Positions 11,253 to 23,749 of a stretch of 64,000 bases of DNA are shown here, in pieces; the stretch's first letter is position 1, and every line of letters starts with the position of its first letter. Position numbers and translations under genes: made by a program. The stretch covers positions 32,984,001-33,048,000 of the forward strand of contig NC_043007.1 of NCBI RefSeq assembly GCF_006345805.1, in the 5' to 3' direction. Source of the stretch: Octopus sinensis (Eukaryota). The notes beneath the pieces are model-generated. The model was not told the DNA's origin and ran no database searches. It saw nothing but the letters and a program-made list of their open reading frames with translations.

Positions 11253-12530
11253 AGAGAGAATTAATGGATATAGATTATTTATTAACATTTAATAGGGTCT
11301 ACAATTGTTTCAATTCACACTCAATACAAATACAAATATATAGAATATAATAAATTTGCATTTTGAATATTTAGAGTAAAATATCTTCAGGGCCAATGGA
11401 CATTAATAAAGCTACATGTTGATCAATTAAGAATCTCCAACAGACTAAGTAGGGTATAAATATATGATTAAATATTATAGGCCTAATGAATACAAACTAA
11501 ATAAAAATTGAGATGATAAAATGGAAAGTAAAGCGACTATAAATGACAATAAACGGATTAAAACTATAGACGAACAAGACATATATATAAATAATAAGAA
11601 TATATAATAGTAATAATAAGCAATGACTATTTAAACCCTATAACGAAACATCAATTTAGATATGTGAAACAATTATAACAATAGAAAATAAATATTAAGA
11701 CTAATTATAAATTCACGAAACCTAATATTATATATAGAATTGATAAATACGTAAATAAGAAATCTAGTAAACCTGAGATTAATTTCAGATTAATTTGAAC
11801 ATGAATATCAATGATAATACTTATAATATTCGTATAAATAATAATAAACGATACACCTTTACATAAATTCTGCTCAAACAGATATAGATTATAATTGTCC
11901 AGATGAAGCCAATGGCTGATTATCCCCTTTGAAAGATAATCAAAACAACATAATCAAACTATATGTAGATATATTCATAAACATTTCAATAAAGATAATA
12001 GTTGTAGTGAAATAATTAATGATAAGTCTATAAGAACCGGTTTCGCTTTGTCAAAACATCTTAAAATTAATTTTAAAAAAACAATCGAAAATTAGTAAAA
12101 GTGGTGATAACATATGTTCTTAAGATAGAAGAGAAATAACCCATATGGGTTCCCTTTTTAACCTAGATAATATGAATAATGAAATGAAATTAATGGAAGT
12201 AATATAGGTAAAATTCTATGATTAATGATGTAAAAAATACTTGTGATTGTAGGAGTAATGATGAAAATAAATTCAACAATTATTGTAGGCAAAATAATCT
12301 AGTATGCAAAAGTATATTTGACACAGAAAATATAAAATACTATTATATCGGATCAACTGAATATGCCGTAAAAAGACGAATTGCTAACCACGGAAACAGT
12401 TTTAAAAACAAAGATATGAAAAATACTAGTATAAGCAAATTTATATGGATGTTAAAAGACAATAATAAGAATTATACGCTTAAAGGGGAAATTGAAGTCT
12501 TATCAGATCGTATTTTCAAATAATTATAAG
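11253..12530 (+). mobile_element. Degenerate Penelope-like element (RT C-terminal remnant plus GIY-YIG endonuclease)
   Basis: ORF 12218..12523 reads CDCR..C..LVCK..YYIGSTEYAVKRRIANHGNSFKN..TSISKFIWMLK. A remnant resembling the PLE KPN-x-PLYI region lies at about 11790-11880. Very AT-rich. Confidence 0.8.
12218..12523 (+). pseudogene. PLE GIY-YIG endonuclease domain
   Basis: Pattern YIG-x-T..K-x-R-xx-NH-xx-SF..SKFIW-x-LK preceded by a Cys-rich motif, as in Penelope-type endonucleases. Confidence 0.82.
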
Positions 12531-12650
12531 CACATGCACATAAAATCATACTTAATGATATTTTTTTGATAATCCTAACGTCAAATATAGAAGATATTTA
12601 TGTCTATCTAGTATATCTTTTTCTTTAGTTTCTTTAATGTAGACATACAT

Positions 12651-12700
<50 letters not shown>

Positions 12701-13017
12701 CACGCAAATATAATCATAATAATACAAGACTATAGCGGTTGACTTTTATTTTCTAATAATTATACACACACTCATATATGAATAGACTGATTTAATTCGA
12801 TAGGCTTTTTACTAACATGCAGACACATACACACGCATGCACACACACACACGCACACACACACACACACACTCATAAATTAATATAGACAATGTGCATC
12901 TACATTTATAACTCTTTTATTTTATATATTTTACTTTCTTCCTTTTCCTCTTACCTAAATGTATTTTATTTTTATTCTTATTTAATTTATTATAGTATTT
13001 TCATAATAATAATAATA

Positions 13018-13068
<51 letters not shown>

Positions 13069-13140
13069 GCTATTATTATTATTATCACCATTTTTGTTGT
13101 TGTTATTATTATTATCTGTATATCTATATTTTTGCCTGAA

Positions 13141-13199
<59 letters not shown>

Positions 13200-13347
13200 T
13201 ATTATTATCATTATTATTATTATTTATTTTTACATTTCATTTTTTATTTCATTTTTATTTTTGTGTTTTTATATTTTATACCTTATATTTTATATATCAT
13301 ATTATTATACTAAAATAAAATTATTAACACACTCACAAACACAAACA

Positions 13348-13700
13348 ATTAAGCATATTTTCATCTACTCAGTCTGTTGAAGAATTTCAAATTGATCAAA
13401 ATGTAGTTTTCTTAATATCCATCGGCCCTGACTATATTTTAGTTTAAATATTTAAAATGCAAACTTATTTTATTCTATATGTTTGTAATTTGTATTGAGC
13501 GTGAATTGAAATAATTGTAGGCCTTATTTAAAATGGTAATAAATTAATTTATATCCATTAAATCTCTCCGTTTTCTTATTTAATAGTATTTGATATTCAT
13601 AATATACCTGTTTTTTTATATTGAAGAGATATTTCTCAACAACATAATATACTAAATCAGTGTAACTTGGACGAAACTATCCCCATAAGAGGTTTATTTA
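13348..13700 (-). mobile_element. Inverted copy of the 11253-11470 segment (same PLE family)
   Basis: The reverse complement of 13348-13569 aligns with 11253-11470 over about 220 bp (roughly 75-80% identity by eye). Confidence 0.75.
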
Positions 13701-14394
13701 TTCCCGTATTGACTGAAAAGAAATATATATGTATGTATGTATGTATGTATTAAATATATATATATATATATATAATATATATATATATTATATATATTAT
13801 ATAATATATTATATATATATATATAGTATATATTATCCATATATATACATATGTGAATGTGTATGTATGTGTATATATAGGTGTGTGAGGGGGGCGCACA
13901 TTATTCTTTAACAAGAATAGTATAGACAGTAACTTCGAAGTCATCATCGAACACTTTCAGCTGTATACCTATTAATGTGGGAGTAACGGGGTACGTACCA
14001 AACCAACTGAAGCAAAGTATGATCTTGTGTTATGGAATTCTTTTCGAGAGAACGCAAATCCTTAATTCATACACTGCAAATCCTCGCGATATTTGAGACT
14101 ATAAAAATACACAAGACCTTAAGATTTTAATTATGATGAACAAATGAAGATGCTTTCCTTCACAAATCACTTCATCTGTCGTTGCACTACCATCACCTCA
14201 ACACCTAAGCTATTGCACACCGTTCAACTGTTTAGGCAACGTCGATTTGCCGGAGGAAGTAATATAAATACGGCACATACATTCCTTTATGCAGGTTGTT
14301 CAGCTCGAAATTGTAGAACTGTCTTTCTTGGATTAGGGTAGACTGCCATCATCATATCGTATGTACAGGCTTTCTTTCAGTATTCGTCCACCAA

Positions 14395-14790
14395 ATCCTT
14401 TCTACAATAGGCACAAAGCCTGAAATTCATGGGGAGAGGGATAGTCGATTACATCGACCCCAGTACCCAAGTGGTACTTAATTAATCGTCCCCGAAAGAT
14501 GAAACTCAAAGTCGCCTTCGGCGGAATTTGAACTCAGAAACGTAACGGCAGACGAAATACCTATTTCTTTACTACCCACAAGGGGCTAAACACAGAGGGG
14601 ACAAACAAGGACAGACAAACGGATTAAGTCGATTATATCGACCCCAGTACGTAACTGGTACTTAATTTATCGATCCCGGAAGAATGAAAGGCAAAGTCGA
14701 CCTTGGCGGAATTTGAACTCAGAACGTAGCGGCAGACGAAATACCGCTGATCATTTCGCCCGGCGTGCTAACGATTCTGCCAGCTTGCCG
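14395..14790 (-). mobile_element. Nested SINE A pair (A1 unit joined to a head-less tail-2 unit)
   Basis: Junction gacgaaatacc|tatttctttactaccc at 14561/14562. Confidence 0.88.
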
Positions 14791-15677
14791 AATACCAAAT
14801 ATTTCGTGTATATTTGTAAATCTGATGGTAAAAGGTATTTGCCCAAAATGTGAATATCATCGAAGCTAGAAACAAAATGTTACGATGCGAACGTCTTAAC
14901 TATACAGTCATAAGTATGACAGAAACAGAAGCTACCTTTCTTCTTGGTTTGTTGTGAGAAAAAATACATTTACAGTGGAACATTTTGCTTGACTGTTGTT
15001 TCTTGTTTTTCTTCTATTCTGTTAACAACAAGCAGTGAAATGTAGTCTGTCCGTGTGACGTTGTTATATATATATTTTTCCATTTATCCCCCAGTATTTA
15101 CACGCTCAGTAACTGATCTTATAATGGAAAATGAAGCTCTGTCCTTATTGATAAGAATCTACCAATAAATAAGTTAAAACTATACTGTCCATGTCGTGGC
15201 TTATCTTTTACTTCAATGTATTTCATTTATAGAAGGCATCTTTTATCAATGCTATATCATATCTATTTTTCTCTGAAATCACTTGAAAGCTCTCTTTCCC
15301 CCCGGTTTTCCTAACTACATTTACGTTTTTATATGCATCGAGTTAATAGAATAAACATGTATATCATATTGAATATGAAAATACAAAATCTCTTAACCTG
15401 CTTTTCATGAAAATTTTAGGCTATCTCATATTCAATTCCGCGTTATTTTTTTTTGTCCTTGTTTTATTTTTTCTTAAACCAGAATTCCAATAGACACGAA
15501 AAATCGTTTATGATGCTGGCATGACTGCGTGGTTAAGAAATTTACATCACAACCATATGCGCCTCCGTTCGATCCTCGCAGCGCGCCACATTCAGCAAGT
15601 GTTTACTGCCTTAACCTCAAATAAGCCGGTACCATATATGTGGAATATTACAGAAACTGAACTGAATCAAGGCGGCG

Positions 15678-16084
15678 AGCTGACAGAAACGTTAGCACGC
15701 CGGGCGAAATGCGTAGCCGCATTTCGTCTATCGTTATGTTCTGAGTTCAAATTCCGCCGAGTTCGACTTTGCCTTTCATCCTATCGGGTCGATAAATTAA
15801 GTACCAGTTACGCACTGGGGTCTATATAGTCGACTTAATCTGTTTGACTGTCCTTGTTTGTCCTCTCTGTGTTTAGCCCATTGTGGGTAGTAAAGAAAGA
15901 GGTATTTCGTCTGCCACTACGTTCTGAGTTCAAATTCCGCCGAGGTCGACTTTGACTTTCATCCATTCGGGGTCGATAAATTAAGTACCAATAACGCACT
16001 GGAGTCGATATAATCGACTTAATCCGTTTGTCTGTCCTTGTTCGTCCCCTCAATGTTTATCCCCTTGTGGGCAATAAAGAAATA
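15678..16084 (+). mobile_element. Tandem or nested SINE A1 pair
   Basis: Head aaggcggcgagctgacagaaacgttagcacgccgggcg. Junction gtagtaaagaaaga|ggtatttcgtctgcc at 15900/15901. Confidence 0.88.
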
Positions 16085-16164
16085 AGAAACTGAACGGAAT
16101 CTCTAAATCCATATAAAGGTATGAATATCTGAGAATAGTCTACTGCGTGAATTTGAACAACGAG

Positions 16165-16265
16165 CACTGGGTCAATGTGAAATAAAGTGTCTTGCCCAAG
16201 GACACATCATGCTGCCAGGAAAAGAGCACACGACCTTACGATCGTGGATCGAATACTCTTAACCA
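16165..16265 (-). mobile_element. CORE-like SINE head fragment
   Basis: Reverse complement contains gtgtccttgggcaagacactttatttcacattg downstream of a decayed tRNA-like head. Confidence 0.6.
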
Positions 16266-16501
16266 GGTTCCCTTCGTGGCAGCGAAGAATAATTTTAAAG
16301 TGGTGACAGCAGCAGATGCTGCAGACAATATTCTAAGAATTTAACCTAAAACCCACAATGCATGCGCATCTGAAAGTTATTAATTTACTAAGCATTACGT
16401 TAAATATAAACAGACAAATTCTACTCCTATAGAAAGCAATATATTAACTCGCAAATATGCGCTTGTGCGTGTGCGTGTATGTGTGTATGTGTGTATAGCA
16501 A

Positions 16502-16545
<44 letters not shown>

Positions 16546-16854
16546 TTTTTTTTTTTCTTGTTTCAGCTCAGAGCTGCGGCCATGCCGATTATATATATAT
16601 AATTAAAATATAACTCGGCGAAGAGAAATAGCCGAATGTAGCCAATTTGAAAAAGGAAGAGAAATAAAGGTATATAAAATAACATACAAAATGAATTTTG
16701 ATTTATTTGGAATTCCAAACAAAGTAAAGCAAACGCCTATTGGCTATTGCGACCATCTCCGAATGAACAGGGAAGATAACCGAGGGTAAAACAATTCCCA
16801 AGAACTGATATGTTAGGCAGGAAAAATCATGCTGTCTGAAAATAAGATAACAGC

Positions 16855-17221
16855 TCTCTTTTACTTGTTTCAGTCATTTGACTGTGGCCATGCTGGAGCA
16901 CCGCCTTTAGTCGAGCAAATTGATCCCAGAACTTATTCTTTGTAAGCCTAGTACTTATTCTATCGGTCTCTTTTGCCGAACCAGCATCGGTTGTCAAGCG
17001 ATGTTGGGGGGACAAACACAGACAAACAAACATATACACACATACATATATATACATATATACGACGGGCTTCTTTTCAGTATCCGTCTACCAAATCCAT
17101 TCACAAGGCTCTGGTCGGCCCGAGACCATAGTAGAAGACACTTGCCCAAGGTGCCACGCAGTGGGACTGAACCTGGAACCATGAGGTTGGTAAGCAAGCT
17201 ACTTACCACACAGCCACTCTT
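16855..17221 (-). mobile_element. SINE family C, near full length
   Basis: Head agtggctgtgtggtaagtagcttgcttaccaacc through tail ggcggtgctccagcatggccacagtcaaatgactgaaacaagtaaaa. Confidence 0.9.
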
Positions 17222-17469
17222 GTTGGAGATTTGTCCCAAGCTGAACAATAAAGCTGCTTCATATTGGGAAAGGAAACCCTTTTACGGAAACATTTCTACT
17301 TTTGCAACATGCATGTAAGAAGGGATGGAGGGTAGCTCAAACTGTATACAAGGTTTAAAATCGGGAAGAGCTTATACTGAAATCGATTGCAAATCCGGAC
17401 TAACTTCTGCGACAGCTGACTGAGATTAAATCATTTTTGTGCTTATTAAACACCAACCGCCTCCTCGTT

Positions 17470-17600
17470 AACATTCAGTCTCTCTAAGAACATGAACTGT
17501 TCTAACGAAGGCAGATATTTGGTGCATTCGGATGTCTGTCTTGATGCTCAACTGTTCCTTGTAGTGGGATAGACATTGCTCCAATGATAACTTATTCTTT
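17470..17600 (-). mobile_element. Old R4/Dong-like LINE 3' fragment
   Basis: VIIGAMS..ISAFVRTVHVLRE resembles the RLE C-terminal VIGALG..GTAHILR. Confidence 0.45.
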
Positions 17601-17852
17601 TGCTCCTTTACTCTTTTACTGGTTTCAGTCATTTGGCTGCGGCCATGCTGGAGCACCGCCTTTAGTCGAGCAAATCGACCCCAAGACTTATTCTTTGTAA
17701 GCCTAGTACTTTTCTATCGGTCTCTTTTGCCGAACCGCTAAGTTACCGGAAAGTAAACACACCAGCATCGGTTGTCCAGCGATGTTAGGGGGACAAACAC
17801 AGACACACAAACATACACAGACACACACACACACACATACACACACACATAA

Positions 17853-17982
<130 letters not shown>

Positions 17983-18123
17983 ATATATACATATACGACG
18001 GGTTTCTTTCAGTTTCCGTCTACAAAATCCACTCACAAGGCTTTGGTCGACCCGAGGCTATAGTAGAAGACACTTTCCCAAGGGACTGAACCCTGAACCA
18101 TGTGGTTGGTAAGCAAGCTACTT

Positions 18124-20171
18124 TATTTCATAAATTTGTCATACAGACAGTACAAAGAGCTTTGCGGGCTAGACAAATACATTAATGAATGAAAATGAAA
18201 TATAATGAATAAATGAGAGACGAAACCCAACACCCGCCGATTGGATTTTTCTCGAAAACATATTTTCTTTTTTTTTTTTAAATCAATATGAGGTTGCGAA
18301 CATCTTACAAGGAGAAGGCACTAAAACCTCTTACTTAACGTGTTTTCTTCCTTTGTTCTTTCTTAATGCACAAAATTGTGGTTATAAACCACTACAAAAT
18401 AATTCAATAAGATGAGGCTTCAAACCCTGTAACGAGGGTCTTTCACCTCCTACCCTTCGATATATCCATCGATATATTCATCATTATCTTCAATACCGCT
18501 TGAGTTCCTGTATCCCGCCATTTCCCATGCCTCACTCATGTAGGACATGTAAGTCGTGTAAGGGCCACCCGGCCATATGCAACACTCCTCCCCAAATCCT
18601 TTAAGCCTTTCCCACAAGGGAAACCTTATAACCTCCACAGCTATCTGCGCAGGCCATTCGGGATCCCGTGTGAAGGGCATATGTACTGTTTCTTTATGTT
18701 CTTCTACTATTTTTCCACCTCCCCGCCCTTGTAGAAAAAGATAATTAATTGATCATCTTTAAGGGTGGGGGTAGTTTCTTCCACCGTGGGTAGCACAACT
18801 TCGGGACACGCAGTCGGCACATCATCTCCCCACTGAGATGACGCGTTCTTCTTCCTTCTTTTTCTTCTTTTCTTCCTGGTTTCGAGACAGTGGAGCTCTT
18901 CCGCTTTGTCCGGAGACTCTCCCCCGCCTTAGGTTCCTTCGGCGGGCAACTATTGTTGCCCGCCTTCTTCCTTTTTAATCCTTTTTGAGTTGAGGAGGCT
19001 AAAGCCTCCTCGACCACATCCACCTCTCCCTTTGACCTGGTAGGGGAGGTGGCATCTAGTGACTGTTCCAGGACCTTACCATGGTCCTTGGGGCAGTTCC
19101 TTTTAATGTGGCCCGGCTGCAGGCACGAGTGACACTTTGGGGGACGTCCCTCAAGTATCACCGGATACCTGCAGCCAGCCATTTTCAAGAAGTCTTGAAA
19201 AACCAGTTCTGTTGCGGCCGATGGGGTCCACAAGGTCAAAATCGCTTTTGACCCTTCCCAATCGACCGCCGGCAATATTCTTACATTTAAGAGCCTGGTC
19301 CCCAGTCCCCTACGGATGGTATCTTCAATCCAATCCGCTTCGGTGCCCGGGGGGAGCCCACATACCCAGGCTCGTATTAATTTTCTTCCACAATATGACG
19401 GGAGAAACAGAATGTCCTTGCTTTTTAAAGGCTGACTCGCAAACTGGCGAACCTTTTCCCCGTTGTCAAACAGCAACCATACGGTTGCATGTTTGACACC
19501 ACGGGATATATATTTTTCAGAGGACAAATGTTCTTTAAGTTCATTTTTTATGACTTGTTTTGGGAAGACGGTGATGGAATTAAGAACTTTAGAATACGTT
19601 CTAAGTACCACCGTCTTCTCCTCCATATCTTTTAACCATTGCTTAGGCGGGTTAATTTCCCACTCTAAGACAGAGTTTTTTTTTTTAAGTTCCTTCTCTG
19701 CCATGTCAAAAAACAGTTCAAAAGTAGTTCAAAAGACAGTCTGCCAAAAAATAAACCGAATAAAAATAAAACAAAATAAAAGAGGAGGGGAGGAAACTAA
19801 AATTAAAGTAATGAAAAGAATGAACCAAAATTTAGAAAGAAAGAAAAAATAGAAGAAGGGAAAAGTAAAAGAAAAACCTCACAAATATCACAGACAGGGA
19901 ATCCTTTGTATAATACTCCAAAAAGGTAATCCAAAAGGTAATCCAAATGGCTTATTCTTATTTTTCTGGCGAGATACGCCCACTAGAATTCACAAGAAGA
20001 ATTTTCAAAAAAATTCTCAATTCACCGTTACGGTGATGAGAACGCAGTATTTTGCTCACTATAGCGAGCCATAATTGACAGTATTTCTTTTTGTTCTTTT
20101 TTTTCTATTCGCGGAGCCGAAACTCACATCTGCTCACTGTAACAGTCAAGACCAACTAGTGTTGCATTCTG
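18124..20171 (-). mobile_element. ORF1-only (HAL1-like) L1/Tx1-type non-autonomous retroelement, 2048 bp, 16-bp TSD
   Basis: Exact direct repeats ggtaagcaagctactt at 18108-18123 and 20172-20187. Contains a 5' UTR, a zinc-knuckle ORF1 and a 3' UTR; no APE or RT motifs found. Confidence 0.75.
18745..19704 (-). CDS. LINE ORF1-like nucleic-acid-binding protein with CCHC zinc knuckle
   Basis: 319-aa ORF with CHSCLQPGHIKRNC (CX2CX4HX4C), an upstream RRM-like segment (RAWVCGLPP) and a basic low-complexity C-terminus. ORF 18450-18680 may be a frameshifted continuation. Confidence 0.75.
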   Translation of the reverse strand: MAEKELKKKNSVLEWEINPPKQWLKDMEEKTVVLRTYSKVLNSITVFPKQVIKNELKEHLSSEKYISRGVKHATVWLLFDNGEKVRQFASQPLKSKDILFLPSYCGRKLIRAWVCGLPPGTEADWIEDTIRRGLGTRLLNVRILPAVDWEGSKAILTLWTPSAATELVFQDFLKMAGCRYPVILEGRPPKCHSCLQPGHIKRNCPKDHGKVLEQSLDATSPTRSKGEVDVVEEALASSTQKGLKRKKAGNNSCPPKEPKAGESLRTKRKSSTVSKPGRKEEKEGRRTRHLSGEMMCRLRVPKLCYPRWKKLPPPLKMIN

Positions 20172-20321
20172 GGTAAGCAAGCTACTTACCACACACCACT
20201 CCTACGCCTATATATTTTCGTTATATATCTTTTAAACCAGATATATCTTTTAAACCAGATGAAGCAGCAATATTTTGTGGGGGTAAAAAACTCAATTTGT
20301 GCTGTTTCATACTGTTTCATA

Positions 20322-20420
20322 CTAGTAGAAGACACTTGCCCAAGCTGCCACGAAGTAGGACTGAATCCGAAACCATGTGGTTCATAAGTAAGCTACTTAC
20401 CACACAGCCACTCCTACGCC
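20322..20420 (-). mobile_element. SINE C head fragment
   Basis: tagtagaagacacttgcccaag..accatgtgg..gctacttaccacacagccactcctacgcct. Confidence 0.8.
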
Positions 20421-20439
20421 TTACATTATTACTACTTTT

Positions 20440-21560
20440 ACTGCTAGGCATTCCCTCATTCTTGAAATTTCTTCTTAACATCAGTATATGTCGAGATCAT
20501 TTTTATTTCTCTATTTTCAATATTTTTGTCTGAAGGAATCGCAATGTCGTTTGTATAAAGCATTCTCTTTTGTATGTCACATATAAAGATATCTGGTCTG
20601 TGGTGTTCAATTATTTTGTCTGTCTCGATGCCAAAATCCCACAGAAGTTTTGGTTTACTTTATTCCTTTGATACTTTTCTGGTACACGAATGTACCACTT
20701 GCGAGAAACATTGTATATATATTTATTATAAATCAACTAATAAGCTTGCTACAAACCTCATTATGATACCGCTTCTATACTTTCTGCGAGAACATTTGCA
20801 GCCTGCTACAGTATATTTGATATTATCCACTTGTTGCTTACATAAGCATTACTTGTTCTTTGAAGTCGTGGAATAAGTTCTCTAATTCGCTGAAGAAATA
20901 TTTAAGGCTTGATCGTGACTAACCCCAACAGAATTTTAATTTCTCTCTTTACATCTCGACTTCAAAGCCATTTCTATGTTAAATCGTGATATTTCACATT
21001 CATGCTGCTTCTGTGGAACTTCTCGTGTAACTGCATTTCTTCTAGTCGTTCCCCTCTTTCACAAATAAGCCTACTTTGGCATGCTCTCTTCTTTCCAAAG
21101 TTCCTCATACGTAAGTCTTATTATTACTGTAGCATGTCTCAGTAGTTTTTCACTGTTTGCAATATAGTAGTTTGCTGACCTCTGTTCTTCATTCACGCTT
21201 GTAAGAATGTTAATATATTTCTTTACTGCCCACAAGGGGCTAAACATAGGGGGGACAAACAATGACAGACAAACGGATTAAGTCGATTACATCGGCCCCA
21301 GTGCGTAACTGGTACTTATTTAATCGTCCCCGGAAGGATGAAAGGCAAAGTCGACCTCGGCGGAATTTGAACTCAGAACGTAACGGCAGACGAAATACGA
21401 CTACGCATTTCGCCCGGCGTGCTAACGTTTTTGCCAGCTCGCCGCCTTTGGTAAGAATGTTAATATGTTCTTTCTCCCCAATCTTCCGTTTCATGTGTAA
21501 ACAACTGACATTTGCCTTTGGTGAGGTGCTCCCACTGGATTGTATTCATTGGTACCGAGG
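20440..21560 (-). mobile_element. Degenerate R4/Dong-like LINE (RLE domain), interrupted by a SINE A1
   Basis: Remnants PKANVSCLHMKRKIG (cf. PKADVDRLY..GGRG), QLHEKF, DQAL and LLWDFGIETDKIIEHHRPDI..DIAIPSDKN, with stops and frameshifts. Confidence 0.75.
21216..21447 (-). mobile_element. Full-length SINE A1 with 15-bp TSD
   Basis: TSD gtaagaatgttaata at 21201-21215 and 21451-21465. Confidence 0.92.
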
Positions 21561-21838
21561 TCTAAAGTCCGATCTTCCAATAAATTTGTTCGATTAAAAT
21601 TTGCTCCCTCCTTTCACTTACCAGTAAACAAAAGTGATATATTTTGATATACGTAATTCCATTCCAGTATTACTGCAACACAACTTTGCTGTATCAGAAA
21701 TTGTGAGAATGAGTGATGACGTTCTTAGGGAGATACTCAGCATCCACAAAACAAACTATTCCATTTGTTCTGGAGGACCTTCAGGCTGGAAAATGTTATA
21801 GGTAACTTTCCAGAAGTCCTTGAACTAGTTGTGCTATT

Positions 21839-22123
21839 ATGTAGTATGGTATTATCCATATAATTCAAAATGGGATGATTATAATAAAAATAAGCAACAA
21901 GTGTTTCCAGAGGTAATGCAGTACGATCGTTTCATGCGACTCTAATTAATTGAACAATGAAAACATTACATCAATTTAAAATGTAGAGCAATCTTCAGCT
22001 GCATAAAAATATAGAATTTAGATAAATTCGAAGGACTCATTTGTATAGTTTTCTTTTTATCCAAAACCACGAAGTGGATAAGTAGAACATGTTTTATCAA
22101 CATCACAGTTAAATTCTTTAGGA
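21839..22123. repeat. Unclassified 285-bp repeat, copy 1, flanked by 51-bp direct repeats
   Basis: About 97% identical by eye to 27579-27867. Direct repeats at 21788-21838 and 22124-22174 differ by one base. Confidence 0.85.
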
Positions 22124-22859
22124 GGAAAATGTTATAGGTAACTTCCCAGAAGTCCTTGAACTAGTTGTGCTATTGTGGCCTCTAGAGACTCAAGATAAAT
22201 TTACGGAAGTGCAGTTAGACGGGCCTATTCGAGGTGTATGCATAACAGCTTAACCGCTTTGCCCTCATTCGTGCAGTAGAAGTATTACTATTTTGTGGAA
22301 TTATGTCAAACAGCGTCATGTGTGAGACGAGTCCTAATACTAGCCGAGGCCTTCGGGATGCTTTCTTCACCATCGTTTTTTTATCGGGTAAGGTAGGCAG
22401 TTCTTTTCTTTGTGGTGGCTATAGCAAAGACGGCTCTATAGTGGACGGAATCTTTTTCTTTGTGGTAGAGCCTTCATCGACATTTTCAAATTTCACTTAA
22501 AAAAAGAAAGTGAAGGGGAGAAGAAGGTTCTTCTTTAGGGGTCGATAAACTAAGTACCAGTCAAGCATTGGAGACGATGTAATCGACTTCCCCATCCCCG
22601 AAATTGCTGGCCTCGTGCTAAAATTTAAAATCATTATTTCCATACCATCTATACATCATGGCATACGCATTACTTCATTCTTTCTATATCATGCATACAT
22701 TTTGTTTACTCGTACTTCGTGTATTTTTCTTCGTTTTTGTTTTCTTATTTGATTTTTTTTCTATGTAAATTCCATCACTATATACAGATTTTTGTGATTG
22801 TGTCCCTCATCCGCCGCTCTGGCGGCAAATATATATAATCATCATCATCTTCATCACCA

Positions 22860-22961
22860 TTCTTCTTCTTCTTCTTCTTCTTCTTCTTCTTCTTCTTCTT
22901 CTTCTTCTTCTTCTTCTTCTTCTTCTTCTTCTTCTTCTTCTTCTTCTTCTTCTTCTTCTTC
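22860..22961. repeat. (TTC)n microsatellite
   Basis: Pure trinucleotide tract; source of the poly-K ORF. Confidence 0.97.
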
Positions 22962-23749
22962 ATGATGGTGGTATAGCTGCTGTTGTTATTACCTCGTGAA
23001 GATGTGTTATCTTAAGCTCTGCGGGAGATGACTTTATCGAGTAGGATTTCAGTAGTAAAGGTTATCATTTTATGTGGAACTACTTGCATAAGCAAAATAT
23101 CTATTTAATTGTTTACACAATTTTTCCTTCGTAGCGGGGAAAAAAAAAAGACGTTATTTTGAAAAGAAAATATTTTCTTCATTTGTAAATTGACAAAATG
23201 GCGTCTTGAAGCAGGAACACTCCAAAAATCTCAAACTTTAATAAACACGCTTCTACAAATAGTAAACAAGAAAAAAAGGACACAAGAAAATAAACAGGAA
23301 TTCTTTGCAGCAGAATACATTCAATTGGAAACGGAAAAAATAATGACTTTTCTATAGATAATCACATTGGAAATAGTTTCAGCTACTCGTTTACCAATAG
23401 CAACAACAGCAACAGCAATAACAACAGCAACAGAAACAACAAAAACATTAGTATACCAACCCAAGTATAATACTTACATGCAAGAATCCGTAATGAGTAA
23501 AAGTTTTGTAAATGAAGCAGTTTTGCTGCAATTGCTTGCAACAAAGAGATTTGTACATGGACAAAGTTGAGTGTAGGAAAACAAATTAATGGAAGCAGTG
23601 CGTTACAAAAGACTACTCGTCGTTGCTCGAGGAATTTGTCCAAGAGCGTCTCTGCCTCCTTCCTTCCTTCCAGAAGTGCGGGTAGTGTTATGTGCACCGG
23701 CAAAAAACAAGCTGACTGAAGGAAGTCATGTTTAATGCACGGACCAGTG

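Noticed and set aside
21668-22390. Exon-like segments with AG/GT boundaries and faint fibronectin type III resemblance
   Set aside because: In-frame stops and incompatible phases. The region adjoins a decayed R4-like LINE and is probably part of it.
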